A DNA stretch of 15,376 nt from assembly GCA_031409655.1 (NCBI GenBank), contig JANNXQ010000061.1, forward strand, positions 1 to 15,376. Reading direction: 5' to 3'. Position numbers and translations under genes: made by a program. The notes under the pieces are model-generated. The model saw only the letters and a program-made list of their open reading frames with translations. It did no database searches and was not told where the DNA came from. Position 1 is the first letter of the stretch. Each line of letters starts with the position of its first letter. Below are positions 6,326-13,362 of this stretch, piece after piece. Origin of the DNA: Chthoniobacteraceae bacterium (GTDB taxonomy: Bacteria > Verrucomicrobiota > Verrucomicrobiia > Chthoniobacterales > Chthoniobacteraceae).

Positions 6326-7223
6326 GCCGGTAGAATTTGGCGGGTGGAAGAACTGCCTGCGCCTGGCGAATGATCACGCCGAGGTCGTGGTCACCTTTGA
6401 GGTGGGGCCGCGCATCGTCTCCTATCACGCGCCCCATGGTGCGAATGTGCTGAAGACGAACGCCGAGGAACTCGGGAAGAGCTGGGAGCCGGGTTTCGTC
6501 ATTCGTGGGGGCCATCGACTGTGGCTCGCGCCGGAAAACGAACGCACCTACGCGCCGGACAACGGTCCCGCGCAGCCTGAGATCCTGCCGCCAAATACCG
6601 TCCGGCTCACGAACGCCGCCTACGCGCCGTGGCACATCAAAAAGGAACTGACCATCTCCATGGCTGCGGACAGCTCGAGGGTCGTGCTCGAACACCGCGC
6701 CACGAACGAAGGCCCGCAGCCAACGGAGGTGGCCACCTGGGGCCTCACCGTGATGCAACCCGGCGGGCTCGAAATCATCCCACTGCCGCCCCTCGGTGAG
6801 CACCCGCGCGATTTGCAGCCCAACCGGACAATGGTCCTCTGGCCTTACACCGACATGTTTGACGAGCGCTGGCGCTGGGGGCGGAAGTTCATCACGCTGC
6901 GCCAGACCGCGCACAGCTCCCCGGCGAAGCTCGGACTCGCGCATCGCGCCGGATGGGTCGGCTACCTGATGAAGAACGCGCTCTTCCTCAAGACCTTCGC
7001 CTTCGATGGGTCGGCGAAGTATCCCGACTCCGGCTGCAATTTCGAGACCTTCACCAACGCGACGATGCTCGAGATGGAGACGCTCAGCCCGCTGCGCACG
7101 CTCGCGCCCGGCGAATCCGTCGGCCACACCGAGACCTGGCATCTGCTCGCCTCCGTCCCCGAGCCGCATTCCCTCAAAGAAGACGCGCTCGAAGAGTGGC
7201 TCGAACCGCTGCTCGCGGAATAG
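6315..7223 (+). CDS. Conserved hypothetical protein, probable galactose-mutarotase-like beta-sandwich (DUF4380-like)
   Basis: GWKNCLRLAN...VGPRIVSY...GGHRLWLAPE...YPDSGCNFETFTN..MLEMETLSPL pattern; AAGGAG at 6305-6310 before the GTG; strong GC3 bias. Family name tentative. Confidence 0.75.
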   Translation: MKIEPVEFGGWKNCLRLANDHAEVVVTFEVGPRIVSYHAPHGANVLKTNAEELGKSWEPGFVIRGGHRLWLAPENERTYAPDNGPAQPEILPPNTVRLTNAAYAPWHIKKELTISMAADSSRVVLEHRATNEGPQPTEVATWGLTVMQPGGLEIIPLPPLGEHPRDLQPNRTMVLWPYTDMFDERWRWGRKFITLRQTAHSSPAKLGLAHRAGWVGYLMKNALFLKTFAFDGSAKYPDSGCNFETFTNATMLEMETLSPLRTLAPGESVGHTETWHLLASVPEPHSLKEDALEEWLEPLLAE

Positions 7224-7239
7224 GGACTGCGTTAATTTC

Positions 7240-7719
7240 ATGAACCGCCTCCGCCTCCTCACCGTCCTCCCGCTGCTCGTCACGCTCGGCTCTTTCTCTG
7301 GCTGCGCCACCACGGATCCGCAGGGTTCGACGGCCGCGCGCACCTCGATGCTCGCCGACATCAAGGCCGAGAGCCCAGGCGGCTACATCGGGCGTCGCTA
7401 TTACAAAGTGGATTACAAATTTTGGGGCTTCGTCCGCAAAGCGGGTCAGCCGTGGAGCACGGCCAGGATGGTGATGCTCAATGAGCAGCAGAAGCTCGCG
7501 CCGGATCGCGAGAAGGGGAAGATCGGCGAGGACAACAACTACGAGTACAAGCTTCTCGGCGACTTCTCCGGGCAGACCGTCTATGAGCCGGCGAGCAATG
7601 GGTTTTACCCCGAGTTTGTTTTGAAGGGTTACGAGCTGCGTTCGACCACACCCGCGCGCATCTACCGCGAAGCTGGTGCGACGGATCCGAAACGCCGGAT
7701 CATCGCGAAGCCTTACTAA
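7240..7719 (+). CDS. Hypothetical lipoprotein (159 aa)
   Basis: Start reassigned to ATG 7240: MNRLRLLTVLPLLVTLGSFSG-C is a basic N-region, hydrophobic core and lipobox-like FSGC, followed by a well-formed soluble domain. Confidence 0.8.
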   Translation: MNRLRLLTVLPLLVTLGSFSGCATTDPQGSTAARTSMLADIKAESPGGYIGRRYYKVDYKFWGFVRKAGQPWSTARMVMLNEQQKLAPDREKGKIGEDNNYEYKLLGDFSGQTVYEPASNGFYPEFVLKGYELRSTTPARIYREAGATDPKRRIIAKPY

Positions 7720-7721
7720 AG

Positions 7722-7736
7722 TCCGGCGGAGCCGGA
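7722..7736. terminator. Possible hairpin between convergent genes (TCCGGC-GGA-GCCGGA)
   Basis: 6-bp GC stem filling the 21-nt gap between two stop codons; only weak T tracts. Confidence 0.3.
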
Positions 7737-7740
7737 GGCC

Positions 7741-8472
7741 TTACTTCAGCGCCGCCCAGACGCGATGCACGTCGTCGTGATCGTCTAGTGTCTGGAGGAA
7801 TTCCCCGACCTCGTGCCGCTGCGGGTCGCTGAGTTCGGGACATTGCTTCGGGACGTAGCCGAGTTCGCTGGTCACCACCGCCCAGCCGTTCTTTACGAGC
7901 CATTGCGAGACGGTATGCAATTCCGTGCGCCCGGTGATGAAGCGCGCGCCCGCCACGCCCACCGGGATGTCATCGTTCTGCTCGTGCGAGAGTGGTTCCA
8001 CTTCATTTGCACCTGCTTCGATCGCGGCGTCTTCGAGTTCGATGCTCGCGTTCGGATGGTGCGCCTCGACCAGCCCCACATGCTCAAAGAGAAACTTGTT
8101 GCTCCCCGGATTCCCGAGCTGCCCCTTTTTGAAAAGCACCCGAATCTCCGGCGCCGTACGGTTGTTGTTGTCCGTGAGCACTTCGACGATCAGCGCCACT
8201 TTGTGTGGCGCGTAACCCTCGAAGACCACGTGCTCCATCGTCATCTTTTCCTCGCCGACTCCCGCGCCCTTTTTGATCGCCCGTTCGATCACGTCCCGGG
8301 AAACGCTTTCCCTCCGCGCCTTCTCCACCGCCGCAAAAAGCCGTGGATTCCCGTCCAACTCCGCACCGCCGAGCTTTGCCGCCACGGCGATTTCTTTCAC
8401 CAGCTTCGAGGTGATGCCGGACTTCTTTTTTGCGTTAACTTCGCGCTTCGCGAGCAGCCATTGACGACCCAT
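7741..8472 (-). CDS. YebC/PmpR (TACO1) family protein
   Basis: KLVKEIAVAAKLGG...NPRL...IERAIKKG...FEGYAP...EVLTDNNNRT...LDDHDDVHRVW; start reassigned to ATG 8472 (MGRQW). Confidence 0.93.
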   Translation of the reverse strand: MGRQWLLAKREVNAKKKSGITSKLVKEIAVAAKLGGAELDGNPRLFAAVEKARRESVSRDVIERAIKKGAGVGEEKMTMEHVVFEGYAPHKVALIVEVLTDNNNRTAPEIRVLFKKGQLGNPGSNKFLFEHVGLVEAHHPNASIELEDAAIEAGANEVEPLSHEQNDDIPVGVAGARFITGRTELHTVSQWLVKNGWAVVTSELGYVPKQCPELSDPQRHEVGEFLQTLDDHDDVHRVWAALK

Positions 8473-8563
8473 TGGGAAAGAAGAGTAACAGAGTCGGATT
8501 GAGGCCGACAATTGAGAAATGGTCTGAGCGGAGAAAGAGCCGCATTAGGGGCGGGAGGGAACC

Positions 8564-9211
8564 TCAATTTTTCCGCGCGTAGCAATACGTCTGGCTTGCG
8601 ACGTTCCGCATCCACAGGCCATACACGCGGCAACAGAAGTCAAATCCGGGCCGCCCAAAGAGACGCGCAATTTTCTGATAGTGGGGCGGCCAGCGGTGAT
8701 TGAACGGGCCGGCGGAGAGCACTTCGTAGCCGGCTTCGGTGAAGAGGTTGCCGAAATTCATCGGGCTCCAAGTGTAGAGATGATGATCGGGGTTGTCGGG
8801 TTGGTAGCCAACGCGGGTCGTCTCGCATGGGACGAAAAAGACGAGTCGGCCGCCACGCTTCAATTTCGGGCGCAAGGCGAGAAGTTCGTCGAGTGGGCGG
8901 GCGCAATGTTCGAGGGCATGATTCGAGATCACGATATCGAAGGTCTCGTCGGGCACTTCGTCAGCTTGTGCATAGACAGTGAGCCCGTGATCGGCGGCGA
9001 CCTTTCGTGCGTCGGGATTGATCTCGAGTCCTGCGCGTATCGCGTTCCGCATTTGTGCGAGGAGGTACCCGCCGCCGCAGCCGAAATCAAGCACCGCGTC
9101 GTCGGCGCGAATGTGCGGTGCAAATTTCGTAAGCTCCGCCCAGCCACCAAATCTCCCCATATCCTGCTGATAGTCGAAGTAGCTACTGTCGTAGTGCTCG
9201 GAGGTGGTCAT
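8564..9211 (-). CDS. Class I SAM-dependent methyltransferase
   Basis: VLDFGCGGG motif I, GLEIN, FDIVISNHALEH, LKRGGRL; downstream of two glycosyltransferases. Confidence 0.9.
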   Translation of the reverse strand: MTTSEHYDSSYFDYQQDMGRFGGWAELTKFAPHIRADDAVLDFGCGGGYLLAQMRNAIRAGLEINPDARKVAADHGLTVYAQADEVPDETFDIVISNHALEHCARPLDELLALRPKLKRGGRLVFFVPCETTRVGYQPDNPDHHLYTWSPMNFGNLFTEAGYEVLSAGPFNHRWPPHYQKIARLFGRPGFDFCCRVYGLWMRNVASQTYCYARKN

Positions 9212-9228
9212 GGGAGAGGTCGCGAAAA

Positions 9229-10476
9229 TCAGGTCGCAGCGCCGGATACTTTACGGAAGAGTTCGAGGTAAGCTGCGGCCTGCCGCATCGGATCGAACAG
9301 CGGGGTGACCGCCGCGCGGATAGCGAGTCTTTCCTCGAAGCGCAGTGGGGTCTTCGTGAGTGTTTCGCAGATTGCCCGCCCGAGTGAGTCGGCGTCCCCT
9401 GGCTCGGCGAGCAGACCACATTCGGCCGCTGGCAGCATCTCCGGGATGCCACCAACGCGAAATGCCACGACCGGAGTGCCGCAAGCGAGAGACTCCGCGA
9501 CGGTGTTCGGATAGTTGTCCGTCCGGGCCGGGTGCAGAAGGCAGTCGGCGGCGGAGAAAACGAGTGCTTTCATCCGCTCGTGGTCAATGTATCCGAGCGG
9601 TCTGTGGTGCGCGTTGCCGGGCAGGTTGTTTGGGGCTCCGTGGCCTAGAGTCAGCACTTCAATTTCCTTCCCGCACGCCGCTAGCACCGAACGGATGAGA
9701 TCCCCACCTTTGCGCCGTTCGTTCAGGTATTCCGCCGCAATGAGCACACTGGGGAGCTGCGAAGGCGGAAGCCCGAGGGCGGTTCGGGATGTGGCGCGAT
9801 CGATGGGAGCGAGTACTTCGAGGTCGAGGCTGTTCGGAATCGCTTCGACAGTATGACCTTGCCAAAGGCCGCGGCGCGCTTCGGCAGCAAGCCATTGCGA
9901 TGGTGTGACGGCAGCGAGGCGCTGTTTCGCCGAGAAGAAGTCCGCGCGCCTCTTCCATGCTCCTGCGATGAACTGCGGCTCCAGTGCCGGGTACTCCTGA
10001 GGCGTCGGACATGCCGCAGTGCAGCCAGCCTCGAAGAGTCGACAATCGAATGAATACGCGCAGCGACCCGTGAAGCTCCACATGTCGTGTAGCGTCCAGA
10101 CTAGGGGCCCCAATTCTGCGAGGATCGCCGCTGTGTGAAAGCGCGTCGAGAAGCCGTGAAGATTATGCACGTTCACGATCTCTGGATGCCATTCGGCTAC
10201 CGAGCGAGCCAGCCGTTTCTCCGCTTCGTGCAGGCGCCACGTTTCCGCGCCCTGCTCACAACCAAGTGCAGCCACACTGTCGATGAGCGCGGCGGTGCGC
10301 CGCCCGAAGGGCTCCGGTGCAAAATCCACTGCGCCGTCTGTCGGCGGGCGCCTCCCTCGCTGGAGCGCGAAGCGCCGGATTGTCGCCCCGGAGGCAGCGA
10401 GCGCTACCGCCAACCGGTGGCAGGCAATGGCCGCGCCGCCTTGGCTCAAGTAGTCATTGACGATAGCGATTCTCAC
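9229..10476 (-). CDS. GT-B glycosyltransferase family 4 (WcaC-like)
   Basis: GGAAIAC, VHNLHG, VWTLHDMWSFTGRC, TPSQWLA, IPNSLD, DNYPNTVAESLACGTPVVAFRVGGIPE. Confidence 0.92.
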   Translation of the reverse strand: MRIAIVNDYLSQGGAAIACHRLAVALAASGATIRRFALQRGRRPPTDGAVDFAPEPFGRRTAALIDSVAALGCEQGAETWRLHEAEKRLARSVAEWHPEIVNVHNLHGFSTRFHTAAILAELGPLVWTLHDMWSFTGRCAYSFDCRLFEAGCTAACPTPQEYPALEPQFIAGAWKRRADFFSAKQRLAAVTPSQWLAAEARRGLWQGHTVEAIPNSLDLEVLAPIDRATSRTALGLPPSQLPSVLIAAEYLNERRKGGDLIRSVLAACGKEIEVLTLGHGAPNNLPGNAHHRPLGYIDHERMKALVFSAADCLLHPARTDNYPNTVAESLACGTPVVAFRVGGIPEMLPAAECGLLAEPGDADSLGRAICETLTKTPLRFEERLAIRAAVTPLFDPMRQAAAYLELFRKVSGAAT

Positions 10477-10483
10477 GAAAGGC

Positions 10484-11422
10484 TCAGGGGATTTGCGGGC
10501 GCTCTTGCTTAGCAGTCAGTCTCCGCACCGCTCGAGCAACCCTCTCAGTGAGCGGCGTCGGCGACATAAAAACGCTGTAAAACGCCTGGCGATCAAAGCG
10601 CGCATTCGCCCGCACCGCCTTGGGATGCACGATTGGATGCGTGAGCGGGGTCGAGGGGCAGTGCTGCTTGGATGTGGTCTGGAAGGTGTGCGTAGCGTCT
10701 GTGCCGAAGCCAATGTTCTCCACCAGATTCACGCTAGGGTAGGTCGCCAGGGCTCCGGCTGCCCAACAAGCAAAAGTCCATTGGAAATCCCAAGTGTTCA
10801 CCTTTTCCGGAGTTGCAGCGCAGGCGTTGAATACCGAGTGCCAGAAGCCGCGTTCGTCAGCCGTAGTGCAGCCGGCGAGCGAGCGCCGGCGCAACTCCGG
10901 ATCCGACCAATCTTTCAATTCGAGATCAAAATGGCTCCACGCCCGCCGCCACGTCGCCCAACCCCAGTTATGATTGTATCGAGTAAAAGCGTAGCTCCCT
11001 GAGAACGAGGCTTTTCCTCGCAGGAAATTATTCGCGCCGATATGCATCACCCGTGGGTCGTCCCGATGATGCTTCAATAGTGCTGTGCAATATGGGAAGA
11101 AGCTGGCGTCAGGCAGGCAATCGTCCTCGAGAATGATCGCCTCCTCGACCTGCGAGAGCGCCCAAGTGATGCCCGAAGCGGGTCGGCGCGAGCAGCCGAG
11201 ATTCGTCGTCGCGTAGTCGCATTCAACTTTGCAGGGCCAATCCGTCCCCTCCTCGATGATGCGCCGGACCTCGGCAACCTTCGCAGTGTCGGTGGGCACT
11301 TCAGGTCGGGGGCCGTCGCTGACCACGAGCAACTGCGACGGTCGGGCATCACGGATCCGCTCAAACACGCGGCGCGTTTGGTCGGGGCGATTGAAGACAA
11401 TGAAAACGACGGGAGCTGGCAT
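10484..11422 (-). CDS. GT-A nucleotide-diphospho-sugar transferase (GT2-like, often annotated HlpA-like)
   Basis: PVVFIVFNRPD, SDGPR, NLGC, AIILEDDCLP, WGWATWRRAW, TWDFQW, NLVENIGFG..ATHT. Start probably ATG 11422; the track uses GTG 11473. Confidence 0.88.
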   Translation of the reverse strand: MPAPVVFIVFNRPDQTRRVFERIRDARPSQLLVVSDGPRPEVPTDTAKVAEVRRIIEEGTDWPCKVECDYATTNLGCSRRPASGITWALSQVEEAIILEDDCLPDASFFPYCTALLKHHRDDPRVMHIGANNFLRGKASFSGSYAFTRYNHNWGWATWRRAWSHFDLELKDWSDPELRRRSLAGCTTADERGFWHSVFNACAATPEKVNTWDFQWTFACWAAGALATYPSVNLVENIGFGTDATHTFQTTSKQHCPSTPLTHPIVHPKAVRANARFDRQAFYSVFMSPTPLTERVARAVRRLTAKQERPQIP

Positions 11423-11576
11423 GTTTTTGCGCGGGGCTACAAAGCCTACCAGACCGATACGGCTGCCATGCACGGAAAAATCCGTGGCCCACCGGAACTA
11501 GCGGGTTCACGGAGGTCACGACTTTTCCTTTTGCCCCCGCTACATTGCCAGCACGTCACCTTACCGCGGACACACC

Positions 11577-12710
11577 ATGAACCTCGAACGAATCGCCCTC
11601 ATCTTCCGAAAAAACTTTTCCCAGCACGATGAACTCGGCGCTTCGCTCTCGATCTGGTGCGATGGGCGGGAGGTGCTCGGCCTGGCCGGTGGCTTCCGTG
11701 ACCGGCAGGAAACCGTCCCCTGGGATGTTGCGACACCAGTGCTTTTTTGGTCTGCGACCAAAGGGCTCGCCGCCGCGTGCGTGCTCCATGCGCTGCAAGA
11801 GCACGACATCGAACTCGATCGACGCGTGGTGGAATTCTGGCCGGAGTTTGCCGCCGCCGGGAAGGACGCCGTGACGATCGCGGAATTGCTTTCGCACCGC
11901 GCCGGGCTGCCGGCGCTGACCACCCATGTCTCCGTCCTGGATCACGATGCCGTGGTCAGCGCGCTCGCGCATGAGGAGCCGCACTGGCCACTCGGGGAAG
12001 GCCACGGCTACCACCCGCGCACCTTTGGCTTCCTCCTTGATGAGTTGCTGCGCCGGATCACCGGAAAGATGCTCCGGGAATACTGGCGCACTTACTTTGC
12101 TGACCCGCTCGCGCTGGATGTGTGGATCGGGGTGCCGCCGGAGATGGTAGAAAAAATTGCACCCGTCTTCCCGACGAAGAACGCGCTCCCGGACGACGAT
12201 CTTTTCTACAAAGCCTTCCTCCAGGCCGGCTCCTTCACCGCGCGGGCCTTTGGCTCGCCGCGCGGCCTCCACAGCGTCGCGGCGATGAATGCGGCGGAGG
12301 TCCGCACGTCTTCGTTCCCCGCATTCGGCGGAGTCGGCACCGCGCAGTCACTGGCAAAATTTTACGCCCTGCTAGCCTCTGGCGGGGAGCTGGACGGCGT
12401 GCGCATTTTCCGCCCAGCGACGATCGAGAAGATGACCACGACGCTCGCGCAAGGCTTCGACAAAGTGCTGCACATGGACACCGCGTTTTCCGCCGGTTTT
12501 ATGCGCGATCCGGTGCGGCCCGACGGGACGAAAGAGCGCGCGATCTTCGGTCCCTCGCGGCGCGCCTTCGGGCATCCCGGCGCCGGCGGCAGCCACGCTT
12601 TCGCCGATCCGGAAAATCGGGTCGCCTTTGCCTACGTCATGAATCAGATGGAGCCCGGCGTCCTCCCCAACGCCAAATCGCTGCGCCTCGTCGAGACTCT
12701 GTATGCTTGA
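11577..12710 (+). CDS. Serine hydrolase, class C beta-lactamase-like esterase (family VIII)
   Basis: SxxK (WSATK), LLSHRAGL, GYHPRTFG tyrosine motif, FGHPGAGGS.AFADP. Confidence 0.92.
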   Translation: MNLERIALIFRKNFSQHDELGASLSIWCDGREVLGLAGGFRDRQETVPWDVATPVLFWSATKGLAAACVLHALQEHDIELDRRVVEFWPEFAAAGKDAVTIAELLSHRAGLPALTTHVSVLDHDAVVSALAHEEPHWPLGEGHGYHPRTFGFLLDELLRRITGKMLREYWRTYFADPLALDVWIGVPPEMVEKIAPVFPTKNALPDDDLFYKAFLQAGSFTARAFGSPRGLHSVAAMNAAEVRTSSFPAFGGVGTAQSLAKFYALLASGGELDGVRIFRPATIEKMTTTLAQGFDKVLHMDTAFSAGFMRDPVRPDGTKERAIFGPSRRAFGHPGAGGSHAFADPENRVAFAYVMNQMEPGVLPNAKSLRLVETLYA

Positions 12711-13134
12711 AGCCCACGCCGAAACTTTCACCGTCCCCACGCGCGGGAAAGGGACTTACGAAATCACCGAGGAAGTCGCGCGGGCCGTACGCGCGAGTGG
12801 CGTGACCACTGGCACCGTGACCGTCTTCATTCAGCACACCAGTGCGAGTTTGATCATCTACGAAAATGCCGATGCCTCCGCGCGCACGGATCTGCACGCG
12901 TTCTTCGAGCGGCTCGTGCCGGAGGATCAGGATTACTTCATCCACACGGCGGAAGGCTCCGATGATATGCCTTCGCACCTGCGCATGGTCCTCACGCGGA
13001 CGAGCGAAGTGATCCCAATCATGCAAGGCCGAATGGCCTTGGGCACCTGGCAGGGGATCTTTCTTTTCGAGCACCGGCGCGCGCCGCACCGCCGCACCAT
13101 TGCGGTGTCGGTCGTGGGTGTGGTGGAAGAATAA
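12703..13134 (+). CDS. yjbQ: YjbQ/UPF0047 family protein (secondary thiamine-phosphate synthase)
   Basis: HTSASL..ENAD, H..EGSDDMPSH and LGTWQGIFLFEHR signatures; 8-nt overlap with the esterase gene. Confidence 0.93.
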   Translation: MLEAHAETFTVPTRGKGTYEITEEVARAVRASGVTTGTVTVFIQHTSASLIIYENADASARTDLHAFFERLVPEDQDYFIHTAEGSDDMPSHLRMVLTRTSEVIPIMQGRMALGTWQGIFLFEHRRAPHRRTIAVSVVGVVEE

Positions 13135-13262
13135 ATCATCCGAGGTGTCCTGCCGGGTGCGATGCGATCCGGCGCAGCCAGAGTGCGATCGGCGTCCTCG
13201 CGGAGAATGTCGCGTGCAGCGAGTTCCTCCAGCGCATGCGATGTCCAGCGCACCGGCTTCAT
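13131..13262 (-). pseudogene. N-terminal remnant of a DUF4258-like (RelE/BrnT-fold) toxin
   Basis: MKPVRWTSHALEELAARDILREDADRTLAAPDRIAPGRTPRMIY fits the W/F-T-x-HA...R.I...P pattern. Similarity stops where the frame runs antisense into yjbQ. GAAGG lies upstream of the ATG. Confidence 0.6.
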
Positions 13263-13362
13263 CGGTTGCCTTCAACGATTTGATTCACGCATCTTTCGAT
13301 AAGCTCGCGCCGGGCGAGAGTGAAGGCCTATCGGCAACCCGCTGATTTCACCGCAGCGAGGT

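Noticed and set aside
6225..7364. 379-aa minus ORF and the 7006-7239 extension of the lipoprotein ORF
   Set aside because: Shadow and overlap of the 6315-7223 gene; the signal peptide starts at 7240.
11577..12710. Antibiotic-resistance beta-lactamase
   Set aside because: No signal peptide, and the motifs (YHP, FGHPGAGGS) fit cytoplasmic family VIII esterases, not AmpC (YxN, KTG).
11556..13275. Minus-strand ORFs 11556-12272, 12372-12740, 12637-13275 and + ORF 12122-12805
   Set aside because: Overlap the esterase and yjbQ genes in other frames and show no protein-like features.
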